Below are positions 53,214 to 64,000 of a stretch of 64,000 bases of DNA, in pieces. Numbering within the stretch: the first letter of the stretch is position 1; each line of letters starts with the position of its first letter. Source of the DNA: Podarcis liolepis (lineage: Eukaryota); the NCBI GenBank assembly GCA_965112155.1, contig OZ218100.1. One strand, 5' to 3'. The notes below the pieces were generated by a model. That model saw only the letters and a program-made list of their open reading frames with translations, was not told the DNA's origin and made no database searches. The translations under genes were made by a program, and so were the position numbers.

Positions 53214-54380
53214 GGGCTGCACTAAGTAGTCTGCTGGCTTATTAAAACTCAAATCCATCTGCTCCCTTTACAAATAATTTGGGATACCAAACAACCTTAC
53301 ACCAGATTTCTTATGCTTGATGATTCTCTGTGGTTAATTCCAGTATATGATTCAAGGGCTCAATACAGAGGAGAAGACAAACAGGGAGCCATAGTGTAAC
53401 AAAAGTGTCAAAGGAATATGTTGAAAAAACAAAATTATATTTAATTTTTAAAACATTTTAATTTCCATTGATAGGTGGAATAAAATGCACTACAGAAGCA
53501 CCTAATTAAAAAAATCATGTTCCAGCTACTCTTGAACCATAATGAGATGTAAATAGCTATGTGGTATTTCAGAGGGATCCTCCTTATTTTAGTGAAATCG
53601 TGTGTGCTTTATGTCAGATTTATGCCTATTGGAAAGGTATAAGAAAACGATTTTTTTTCAAAAATGAGGTGACAGGGTCAAAGTGACTCTGCAAAAGCCA
53701 GCTAATGTACCCCAGACACAGAGTGCAAGCGTACAGACCAAAGATCACACACAAAGTCAATGGCTAGGGGAAATACGGCCACAATTTTTTATTGATAATG
53801 GAGATTGTTGTGGCATGGCAGCAAGGATCTTGGTATTGGGTGGCCTGACTTCTGCCTGATGTTGTCAGGAATTAGGGAATGGCCCACCTCACTGTGGGTC
53901 ATCCCAGTGGTTGCTCACCCACATGGCTGCAAAGAGGCCAGCCTCAGTCCCCAGAGCTACAGCCAAGGCCTTAGGGCAGCCCCACCAAGGAACCCTTATG
54001 TCTATGAATTCTGTCCTTTGTCCCTCTGCCACCAACTGTATGCTGTGACAAATACTCACTTTACAATAAAATAGTAAACTCAATATTCTACAACCTATGC
54101 ATGTTGCTATGAGAAAGGTGACAACCTCATCACTACGTCATAAAATGCCAAGATCTGCCATCCTCCTATTATAATGTATTAATTAGAATTATAGACTGCT
54201 TTTCTTTTTCAGTCAAAACTGAAGGTCAGCTGGGTCAAACCAGATCAAGAGAAAGGAGCCTGCTATTTCTACCTATTCCACTCAGGGCCACTGAGAGAGG
54301 CTCAGAAGCCAGAACTGTGGCAGTTACCTTTCAGTTGACCATTGCAAGCCAGATAAAACAGCATGAGAGAAGAAAATTAC

Positions 54381-54464
54381 CTTCACATTCTCTGCTGGTG
54401 AAGTAACATTCTGATGGCGTTTCAGAAAGATGCAAGACAAACATTTCCATTAATTCTGCCAAAT
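54381..54464 (-). CDS. TBC1D32: TBC1D32 exon (84 nt): (N)LAELMEMFVLHLSETPSECYFTSRECE
   Basis: Acceptor ttttatttcag|A, donor AAG|gtaatt; aligns to human FVLHLTESPSECYF. Confidence 0.94.
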
Positions 54465-54629
54465 CTGAAATAAAACCAAAATGATTAATGCATCAATGCC
54501 ACAAAATTCCCTTTAAAAAAGAAATCATGTCATGTTTTGTGATTTGCGTGTGCACAATTTTGTAACAATATATATATTTAAAAATGCCACAAAGTAAAAT
54601 GCAGAACTATATCAACCAATTTCTTTGTT

Positions 54630-54835
54630 TCCCTTATACCCTGCCTTTCCTCCACAGAACCAAAGGTGGCATATGTAGTTTGCTCCACTCCATTTTATCC
54701 TCTCGATCACCCTGCGGGAGAGGATAGGCTGAAAGACAGTGAGTGGCTCAAGGGCACCCAGTGAGCTTTATGGCTGAGTGTGGACTGAATCTTAGTCCCT
54801 CTGATATAGGCCAATACTCTGACCACAGCACAACA
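54630..54835 (-). mobile_element. Old MIR-like/CORE SINE
   Basis: CATTTTATCCTC..CACCCTG...AGGCTGA..GACAGTGA.TGGCTCAAGG.CACCCAGTGAGCTT pattern. Confidence 0.65.
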
Positions 54836-55755
54836 GTGAGTAGAAAATGAACCAAAATGAAAGCCTACAGGCAGCTAACAGTGCACTCTACTACATATGC
54901 AGTTAGAAGAAAGTCTCACTGGGTTCAAAGAAGCTTACCCCCAGGTAAGTGCGTTACAAGATTGCAGCCTAAAGCTGTCTATACGACCGCATGTTTATTC
55001 ACAAAAGCATGGCAAAAATAATTCAAAACAGGCATTCTGTTTTTGTATTCATAACAACATTCCTGGTTTAAATTAAAATTTTAATGGCTTCTCTGACAAT
55101 CTATTCAGTGTAAACTGAAAGGGAATCGTTTGTTATCCTTGGATCCTCTGAGGATTACTTCGGAATTTGTTAGACAGTTTCAACATAAAGAAAATTAGCT
55201 GTAATTAGATTGCACTGCCTACATTCTTCTATACAGAGGTTCTGAGGAGGGAAGTTTGGCCTTAATCTTGCAGTAAAGGTCAATGCACTTTAAGAGTTTC
55301 TGTCCTCCTTTGTGCAAAAGGCGTTCCAACACAGCTACCTGCTTCCTTTTGCATCTCAGCAGGAAACTTTCCAAGCTCTCCATGGAAGTCTTTTGCACTT
55401 GTCTTACTCATTTAAATGAGTAAGAAAGCCCTAAAAGGGAGAAGAGTTCTATGTTCTATGCACACAGCATATTTGAGTACGATTGTTTTTCATTCTTTCA
55501 TGGATAGTTCCCAAAGTGATCTTTGCAAACACAGCTTTGCCTAAAGCAAGCTTTCACCAACATCTGAGTTCACTGATGTTGACGAGCTTATAAAGTTGTC
55601 ATTGACCCCCCCAACCCAAATTCTTAGGGATGTAAATGAAATGACATCCAGAAATATCAATGTATAATCAACCTTTTAAACCACCAATCACCATTACTAG
55701 GAATCATAAAATGGGGAAAAAAATAAGGAATACTGTCACATTGTAAAATCATCTA

Positions 55756-56110
55756 CAGTGGTGCCCCGCAAGACGAATGCCTCGCAAGACGGAAAACCCG
55801 CTAGACGAAAGGGTTTTCCGTTTTTGAGCTGCTTCGCAAGACGATTTTCCCTATGGGCTTGCTTTGCAAGACGAAAACATCTTGCAAGTGTTCCGATTTT
55901 TTTTCGCTCCCCCCCCTTTTTCTAAGCTGCTAAGCCACTAATAGCCTTTTAGCCACTAATCCGCTAATCCTTTAATAGCCGCTAAGACTTTAATAGCCGC
56001 TAAACCGCTAATAGCGCTAATCCGCTAAGCGGGTTGCTTCGCAAGACGAAAAAACCGCTAGACGAAGAGACTCATGGAACGGATTAATTTCGTCTTGCGA
56101 GGCACCACTG
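55756..56110. mobile_element. Tigger/mariner-like MITE with internal (TAATAGCCGC)-like repeats
   Basis: TA|CAGTGGTGCCCCGCAAGACGAA ... TTCGTCTTGCGAGGCACCACTG|TA. Confidence 0.92.
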
Positions 56111-56398
56111 TATTAAATACAGAGGCTCCTCACTGGCAAGGGAGATGCATTCTGTACATATTAATGTTCTTTATTCCTGAGGCTCGTTGCATTTCCACAC
56201 TGTCCCTTGTGGCAATCTTTTCCACCCCTAGGCTGTTTCTGACCTACTTTGGAATTCTAGATCTTTTATTCAGCCCCTGCACATTCACATCAATATCAAC
56301 CACTTTGGGAAACCATTGCCTAAATAATGTATAATTCTGATGTAGTAATTCATTTGGAGTAACTCTCTCAGGGATTCTTAGAGGAATGTTTAGGATAT

Positions 56399-56768
56399 AC
56401 TGCTATGGATACATGACGTCTCCAGGCACTGCAGTTGTCTGCAAGGGATTCCGGTCTGGCGGAGTTGATGTTGTCAGGCTTCATGTCACATTTGCAGACA
56501 TCTTTGGAACACAGAGTTGGTCTACCAATGGGCCTGGTGCTGGAAGCCAGCTCCCCACAGAGCAGAGGAAAAATAACCGTGGGAGGAGTGAAGAGAGAAA
56601 AAACGCCATGGTGCATCTGCTGCAGCACAACTGGATGCCTTCATCTGCCCCAGATGCAACAAAACATGTCTCTCCCACATCCGTCTCTACAGCCACAGCA
56701 AGCGCTACAACCCAGCAACAGTTTGACTTCACCTCAATTGTCGCTTGAGACAGGCATATTCCAACCAA
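56399..56768 (+). mobile_element. RTE-clade LINE 3' fragment with inverted 5' portion
   Basis: Minus strand 56564-56399 encodes LCGELASSTRPIGRPTLCSKDVCKCDMK...ESLADNCSAWR/SCIHSS. Plus strand from 56560 encodes EQRKNN.../RHGASAAAQLDAFICPRCNKTCLSHIRLYSHS (C2H2-like RTE terminus). Confidence 0.82.
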
Positions 56769-56778
56769 TTTGGGACAT

Positions 56779-57075
56779 TTTGTTGTTGTTTAATCATTTA
56801 GTCGTGTCCGATTCTTCGTGACCCCATGGACCAGAGCATGCTGGTAGCTTCGAGAACACTATCCAACCATCTCGTCATCTGTTGTCCCCGTCTCCTTGTG
56901 CCCTCCATCTTTTCCAACATCAGGGTCTTCTCTTCTCATGAGGTGGCCAAAGTATTGGAGGCTCAGCTTCACGAACTGTCCTTCCAGTGAGCACTCAGGG
57001 CTGATTTCCTTAAGAATGGATAGGTTTGATCTTCTTGCAGCCTATGGGACTCTCAAGAGTCTCCTCCAGCACCAT
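56779..57075 (-). mobile_element. BovB (RTE) LINE 3' end, 5'-truncated
   Basis: (CAA)n tail; AGTCGTGTCCGA.TCTTCGTGACCCCATGGAC and CAGGGCTGATTTCCTT..GAATGGA BovB hallmarks; TSD AATTTGGGACAT/AATTTAGGACAT. Confidence 0.9.
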
Positions 57076-57222
57076 AATTTAGGACATAGCAACATATAAT
57101 ACAAACTGGTTTAAATGGCATGTCTTCCCCTTTGACAGTCCTCAATCATACCTCACTATAAAGAATCATCAATATAACGTAGCAAGGATAAGCAGTTTCC
57201 CTTTAAAAATAATTATACTTAC

Positions 57223-57348
57223 TGGTTCCACTCATAACAGTAGGTTTGTTTTCCATGATTTCACAAAACTGTCTTTGAATATTTTCAATCAATTCCAGCG
57301 GTTTCTCTGGATTATTTAAAGCACATGCAAGCTTGCTAGCATCGCCAT
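57223..57348 (-). CDS. TBC1D32: TBC1D32 exon (126 nt): (D)GDASKLACALNNPEKPLELIENIQRQFCEIMENKPTVMSGT
   Basis: Acceptor ttcgttttag|A, donor CCA|gtaagt; aligns to human IENCQRQFCKMMKAKP. Confidence 0.93.
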
Positions 57349-58809
57349 CTAAAACGAAGATGAAAATATTGCTATGAAAACTATGGTTTTACTTTTGCCT
57401 AAATGACCACAGCAATCAGTGAAGAACTTAGTAAGTCTGCCTCAAACCAATAAAGCTCCTATACAAGGCAATACAAAAAGATGTTCACAGGTCATAAGAG
57501 GACTGGACTGTGAAGGTGAGTTGCTTGGCTCAAACAGCAGATGGGGGCTGGGAGGCACTCCTCTCCCACCTGGCTGCTCTGCCTATTTAAACTTCATGCA
57601 GTATTAGAATTACTAAATATTACCATAGTAACAGCATTTTCCTGAAATTAAAAGTCCTGCTTTTTACAAACAGGTGCTTAGAAATGGCTCTTTATGAGCC
57701 TCCAAGAAGCTTTCAGTGAATTTCTTAATTGTAAATATCAAAGTGATCAAGATAATTTCTCCCTGCTATCATCCTCTACCAAGTTCTTGTTTGTGCAATA
57801 TCGTACCTGTTTCTAGGCTTTAAAATTGCCTAAATTCATTTTAAGTATACACAATAAAACATTTCTGTAGTCAGACTTTAGAAACTTTGGTTCTTTAAGA
57901 TACTTATTATTCCTGCTTCATTTCAGCATTTTAGTATCCTAGTTAATATTCAACTTCCTAAATGAAATCATCACTTGCAAATGCCGTTAGCCTTTTTTTA
58001 TTAAATAGAAAATATTTGCTTTCTGTTTCTTTCACCGCATAAAATGCATTTTAAAATAGTGTTTGGACTTTAATAATTTATACTTAAATTGTTTTCCCAT
58101 CACTGAAATTCATTTGACCAACCCAGAGTATTTCACAAAGCTGTTTGACTAGTACAATTCTTCCAATCTATTCCATATGCACATTCAAATGCCAAGTAAT
58201 TACACCAAAAGGCTTCATTTCTCAAAGGCCCTCACTGGCACAAGCCTAATTTAGTTCTTCATCTAATGTTCACTTCATGTAGCCAGGCACAGGGAAAAAG
58301 AAGCTTCTTACGCAGATTAGATAGTTGGTGATGATGAAACTCCTCTGGCCCTTTCTCCCTGTAAGATCATGACTTGTTCCCACTGCCAAGGAGGAATAGG
58401 TATTCATTTCCTACTTTCAACACCTTTTGTTTATATCTATTTGTAAGTGTAAGGTATTCTATATGTCTTATCATGCTTCTCAGGATCCCACTTTTTGACT
58501 CTACATGATTGCCTTTTCCTTTTATGAGAATGAAAGGTGGCAATAATGTAGAAGACTGGAAACTACTTAACAAGAATAACTTAGAAAACTTAAGACTGTG
58601 TCTGTTAGGAGAAAGATTCAATTCAGGGCCACACCAAGAAACGTGGCTGCTTAAGCAAAGTATAGGATTATAATCTACTGTCACCTGAGGCAGTTGCCTC
58701 ATATTGACAGCCCTGATTCAACCCCAGGCAGAAAGTACTAGAGTAGGGAAAGGTTTTCTAGAACAAAACTGAGTTTCCTTTATAGGTATCGGGTGGGAGG
58801 GGAAAACTA

Positions 58810-59300
58810 CCGTATTTTTCGCCCCATAGGACGCACCGGCCCATAGGACGCATCAAGTTTTTTGGGGGGGAAATAAAGAAAAAAAATTTTATTTCCCCCC
58901 CAGGCGCTTGTGGGGCAGGCAGCGGGGAGAAGCGCTCTTCTCCCCATCTCCCACCTTCAGATCAGGTCCGGGGACAGCCTGGAGACGCGCTGCGCCTCCC
59001 TGCTGTCCCCGGAGTGGTGGGGCAGGCAGCGGGGAGAAGCGCTCTTCTCCCCGCCGTCAGCCTCCAAACCACTTCGGGAGACAGCGGGATGGCGGCGTTC
59101 CGCCTCCCTCTGTCCCCCGACCTTGTGGGGCTGGCGCTGGGGCTCTCCTGAAGCCTGGAGAGCGAGAGGGGTCGGTGCGCACCAACCCCTCTCGCTCTCC
59201 AGGCTTCAGTGAAAGCCTGCATTCGCCCCATAGGACGCACCCACATTTCCCCTTCATTTTTGGAGGGGAAAAAGTGCGTCCTATAGGGCGAAAAATACGG
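58810..59300. mobile_element. Tc1/mariner-superfamily (Tc2/pogo-like) non-autonomous element
   Basis: TA|CCGTATTTTTCGCCCCATAGGACGCAC ... GTGCGTCCTATAGGGCGAAAAATACGG|TA; GC-rich internal direct and inverted repeats. Confidence 0.92.
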
Positions 59301-60119
59301 TAATTTGTTCCCATATTCTGTTTTCCCTCGGTTTGATTTTCATACGTAAAGGAATTGAGTCCCAGTATCTGGTTGATTTTATTATAAAAACCCTGCTGTG
59401 TTTGTATTAAATTCAAGGAACAAGTGTAGTCATCCTGTGTTCAATTTAACACTTGGTAATATACATGTATATTAACAAAAACGTTAAGCCTAATGGATAA
59501 TGTGTGCATCTTTGAATTGAAAGGGAAAAGCACAGTAGACACAGATAAACCATGCAATCCCGGCAGGTTTTGAATGCGTAAGACTCTTCTTTGGGGAATA
59601 AATGCTGCCTATGGGACATGGGGTACATTCGGTAAAATTCCTTGATTTGTAGAGTTAAGCTCCACGAAGATTTTTATTTTATCCTCTAAAGAGCCTTAAG
59701 TGTTTGAAATGCATGCAGTTATTGTACTGTTTGCCTGGACATAAATATCTGCACCTACTGTGTTCTCTCTTTCACAAGGGATTTTGCTTGGAGCTACCCT
59801 CTCTGTGACAACACCTTATGATTCAAATGTGAATAAATACAGATCCACATTGCATCTCAATGATAAAATACAAACCAAGCAATGCAAACAGAAAACCAAG
59901 AGATACAAATAAGAAAAAAACTATCACAAAGGAATATGGTAAACTCCAGCTGCCATACAGATATGTTCATCTCATATTCTTTACCCTCGTGAGCCTTTCA
60001 AAAAGGTTCCTCAAAACAAAACAAGATTTATGCACAGACTAAGACATAACCATAAATTAATCTAAAATACATATTTGTGCTTTTTACATACATCACTCCA
60101 GTAAACTAACATATTATAC

Positions 60120-60213
60120 CTTGCCTTGTGTCAGTTTTTCTTGGAAATTCAGCAAGATAGCATGTTGGTAAAGGATATGACGAAAACATGGGCCAAGGAT
60201 ATGGATCATCACC
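60120..60213 (-). CDS. TBC1D32: TBC1D32 exon (94 nt): [31 protein letters not shown]
   Basis: Acceptor ctcccttag|G, donor AAG|gtataa; [13 protein letters not shown] motif. Confidence 0.95.
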
Positions 60214-60581
60214 CTAAGGGAGAACCACCAATAATAAAGTGATGTTATAACTTACTGATGGTTTGTCTATTTCATTCTGTCGTTTGAAGACTCTGCACTC
60301 TGTACTTACAGGTAATCTTCAGATATTTCATGCATTACCTACATATAAAACACAGTGCACTTGACACTGTACTTTAATGCTATCAGTGTAATGAGTCAGG
60401 ATGATTACACAGAACAACTCTTTTAAGCCCACTCAAAGGGCAGTAGCCGCAGTTAGTCAGCAGAGGTTCAATGGAAGAATCAGCTCTAAATAAATGGTAG
60501 AAATAATAAATAAATCTCAGTCTGCAGCACTTATCTCCAGAGAGGCTAAATGTGAAGAAAACTGAAAAGCCCGTTTACAAC

Positions 60582-60690
60582 CTTATGCAATATTCTTGGA
60601 GGCAAGATCCGTTCCGTTGGTCCACCAACATGATTTATTCTAACAAGAATATGGTTTCTCTCTACTGATAGGCCATCAATTATAAAGTCT
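60582..60690 (-). CDS. TBC1D32: TBC1D32 exon (109 nt): [36 protein letters not shown]
   Basis: Acceptor tttgttgcag|A; weak donor AAG|gttgta, with an alternative GT 3 nt further. Near-identical to the remembered human sequence. Confidence 0.93.
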
Positions 60691-61380
60691 CTGCAACAAA
60701 ACAAAATTGAATTGCATGTGGAAATTGCCATGAGTCTCATGATTCTCAAGAGCTAGATTACTGAGAAAGTATTTCAAGCCCGGTTGTTAGCATGGACACT
60801 GAATTGCAGTTTTGAACAAGGTAACAAAATCCTGGCACTGGATTCAGGGGAATTCAGAGGTAGAAGGGAATGCACTATGTGTGCTTTGCTTAGTCTTTTC
60901 TGACCAGAATATAATACAAACTGCTCTTTTTATGGCATTCAGTATTTATTTATGGTGCACTGACCAGCCCTAATGGTTTTTGAGGTAATATATCAGCACT
61001 TCCCAAGATCAAATTACAACACAGAAGCCAAAAATGGGTTGTGGTTAACGAATAGTTACTTCAAAGGAGTAGCAAGCTTACAAATTATTCCCATCCTTGC
61101 GAGGTCAATAAAGGTTGTGAATACATCAGGGATGTTCATTCTGCCTCATGTTGGTTGTACCCCTTCATGCATGCTTCCTAGTGGCTGTATGCAGCCAAGT
61201 AGTAAAGAACGATATGCAGTCATCAGGCAAAACTTCCAAGAACAGTTCAAGTGGCACAACAATGAGGACAATAAACACAACCCATTTTCATGCTTTCAAT
61301 ACCATAATTTTTGTACCTCCAACAAATGAAAAAAGAGAGTCTCATGCCAAATTCCTTAACTCAATGAAGCCATACATTAA

Positions 61381-61382
<2 letters not shown>

Positions 61383-61418
<36 letters not shown>
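61383..61418. repeat. (TTA)n microsatellite
   Basis: Direct reading. Confidence 0.95.
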
Positions 61419-61549
61419 GCAGATCTGCCTCCTCCACTGATATTTTTCTTTTGGAGGGTAAGGCTATGGGTTTATGTGAAAAGCTCCAAGTAAAGATTAC
61501 ACAGAACTATAGAGTGGGGTGATACATTTTTTAAATGAATATTCCTTAC

Positions 61550-61672
61550 CTAGAAGTTTCAGAAATGTAGATGGTATTTTCTCTTTGGGCATCTAAGAGC
61601 ACTTCTGATACCTTATACTGAGATTCTAAAAGTAGAAGTGTATCTAGATCACAGCAGAGCACATTTAATAAC
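61550..61672 (-). CDS. TBC1D32: TBC1D32 exon (123 nt, phase 2-2): (R)LLNVLCCDLDTLLLLESQYKVSEVLLDAQRENTIYISETS(R)
   Basis: Acceptor tcctgcag|G, donor AG|gtaagg. Open frame; resembles the LLSVICCDLDTLLLLE segment recalled from the long vertebrate isoform. Confidence 0.92.
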
Positions 61673-62156
61673 CTGCAGGATGTAATATTTTGAAATATCA
61701 GAACATTACAAGTTATGGGAAATGCAGAGCAGCACTACACAAGTTTAAATATTTTGGAGTTGAGTGAGTTCTTTTTTTAAAAAAAGAAAAACTGCTGTAA
61801 TACAAAGCAGAATTAGGAACCTGGGACACAGCATATGGTTTGCATGTAGAATACCACTGACCTATCCTAGAACACCATTTGAAACAACACTGTTATCTAC
61901 AGTCAAGGTATTTCTATTATATTCTTGCATGTGCACACTGCCTTTTTATTGCTTCTTGTTGAATACTGCTAAACTGACTGTCAATTTCTTATTGCCAGTT
62001 TTGTTCCAGGGAGAAGGGGCTTTAATTACCAGTGCTTCCTTTTATTTTTTTCTTCTATTTTTTATACAACAACGTTTTACTATACAAAGCTCCTTTCTGC
62101 AATAGTAACAGAAACTGATAGGGAACAATGTAGAAAGGCTTTCTAGAAACAATTTA

Positions 62157-62345
62157 CAGTCATACCTCAGCTTACATGTCCCTCTGGTTACGTAAACTTT
62201 GGGATACGTAAGCAGCAAACCCGGAGGTATATTTCTGGGTTTTTGCCAGGCGCACATGTGCAGAAGCGGTCCCTCCGGTTGCGGAAACCTCGGGATCCAA
62301 CCGGAGCTCCAGAACGGATCCTGTCTGCAACCAGAGGTACCACTG
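62157..62345. mobile_element. Tigger-like MITE
   Basis: TA|CAGTCATACCTC ... GAGGTACCACTG|TA; related to the 6056 and 31268 elements. Confidence 0.85.
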
Positions 62346-64000
62346 TACAGGCTATACATCAGTGAGCCCACTGCTACACAAAACAGAAAGAAGCAAAACA
62401 AAAACCTGAAACTAGGAAGCTTGTATCTAAAAGTACAGGAGTGCTGAATACCCTTTGGGATGTCCACACCAGACAGGCTGTGTCCTCCAGTTGTGTTTTA
62501 ATTTATATACCAAAAAAATCAGCAGAAATTTTGCCAGAAAAGGGAGCGCACAAAGTAAGGAAGTAACAACATCTCAACAATGCCACCCATTTTCTCTGAA
62601 AAAAAGGGAATGAAGCAAGGATGGCAACAATGCAAGCAAGCTAGCATGGAAACCACCTTTGGTCCCTTTATGAAAGAAAATTGCCTTCCCAGTGTTGTGA
62701 TCCTATACCCATTTACATGGGAGTAGGCGATATGACTTAGTCCTAAGTAGACATGTGCAAAATTGCACTGAATTTTACATGGCTGGTTTGTCCAAATTTA
62801 TCTCATCCATGCAGTGTAGCCCAGATGTTTCATTTCATGAACAGGTGGAAGAAGAGCCAAATATAATATTGCAGTGGACCCAGCCTTCTTTCTCATTCGG
62901 CTGCTGAAAAACAAAGCTACTAGAGGCAATGTAGTAATAACTATTTTTAGTTTCAAAAGCCTATTCATTTGCTTGAATGTTTTATTCATAAAATTATTCT
63001 CCATAATCTTCAGGACAAGCATTCATTCGTTAGTATATTTCAAGAAGTGATACAGAGAGATTAATAAAATCAATACTGAGACATTTAATGCTTTCATAAA
63101 GATTTATAGGACAAAAGAGAAGCATTCATATTTTCATTACTGATGATCATGTCATTCTAAAACATTTTTAGTATGAAAAGATTATTATGAATTACTTATG
63201 AGTAATCAGTGTGGGGAGAAACATTATGATGCATTCAGAAAATCAGTGTGATATCAAAATAATTTTTCATACACAAATGCCCTTTTCTGCATGGCATGTC
63301 TTTGACAGTTTAATTTGAATATTACTAGCAAACAAAGGAAACAAAAGCACCCATTGATATTAAAACTAGAATATTTTAACCCACTAATCCAGACCATTTT
63401 CCATCCAAGTTACCCACACTAAATGCCTTTGCATTAATTATACTGCACTTTCATGAGGTCGTAACAGATGCACATCTTTTATATAACTTGTGAAACTGGT
63501 CACCACTTTATCCCTTGGTCTAGGACTAAAAGCCCTGATTGCTCTTTTGTGCTCATAGCCAATGTTCCCTAGTTGTTTCAAAAGGTATGGAAAACGTGAC
63601 ACTATTCTTTAGCCCTCTGTTCTGCATCTGATATCAGTAATGGCGGTTTCATATTGCAAATCTAATGCAGTTCAAAGGAACTATTTCCATTTACTGTACT
63701 TGTTCTGCTAGCCATGCTATTTTAGGTCTTTCCATTTTTTCCCTGTTAACTTCTGTTAATCTTGCTTTTCAAGATTTCAAGTGTTGCTTGAAATTTAAAA
63801 ACAAATGCAAATTGATGTGCGTATGTACAGATTGTGACATGAATGTTTTATTTAATTATTTGTTTCCTGTACCTGCAGTCAGGTTTTAATACCACTGGAA
63901 ACAGACCAGATGTGAATATATAACAAAACAGGGATTCCCACCCCCTCATTAATATATGACATGTTAATTTATCCTCCTCCATTGACAATACTCAGATTCT

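Larger units (their letters stand above)
34291..61672 (-). other. TBC1D32: TBC1D32 (BROMI/C6orf170) gene, 3' part: 11 coding exons; 5' exons lie beyond the right edge of the window
   Basis: Exons join in frame through GT-AG sites (123+109+94+126+84+67+116+155+141+189+120=1324 nt). The translation matches the remembered human BROMI C-terminus ([13 protein letters not shown]..., [58 protein letters not shown]...LLRDM). Confidence 0.97.

Noticed and set aside
55930-56030. Short spaced repeats as a CRISPR-like array
   Set aside because: Degenerate ~10-nt tandem repeats inside a MITE, with no unique spacers, in a eukaryotic context.
59570-59660. Minus-strand peptide TECTPCPIGSIYSP resembling a TNFR/Eph cysteine-rich repeat
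   Set aside because: An isolated short match that lacks the remaining cysteine pattern and does not fit the TBC1D32 exon chain.
62798-63022. ORF as a further TBC1D32 exon
   Set aside because: No similarity to the expected upstream sequence ([28 protein letters not shown]); that exon was not found in the window.

Overview
Vertebrate nuclear DNA, most likely from a lacertid lizard (inferred from the Sauria-type SINE, the tRNA-Lys/CR1-tail SINE, BovB and the MITE families); nothing prokaryotic, no CRISPR, no rRNA. The right half (34.3-61.7 kb) carries the last 11 coding exons of TBC1D32/BROMI on the minus strand: 1324 nt, phases all consistent, about 440 aa, stop at 34291-34293. Upstream exons lie beyond the window. 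One intron (42747-43217) has U12/minor-spliceosome signals. The left half is intergenic, with a decayed intronless CHEK2-like pseudogene at about 11.2-12.1 kb and many transposon relics. Most notable structures: Penelope-element fragments carrying a minimal hammerhead ribozyme (one intact core, one mutated inside a 57-bp inverted repeat next to a splice acceptor); a composite hAT MITE whose target-site duplication encloses about 270 bp of apparently captured DNA plus a CTCF-like motif; an RTE LINE with twin-priming-type 5' inversion whose target site was reused by BovB; and a perfect 188-bp tandem duplication. I cannot support a wholly new biological system; these are the best leads. Protein and repeat-family identities come from remembered sequences, not database searches. 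Nearly all ORFs in the supplied track look spurious.
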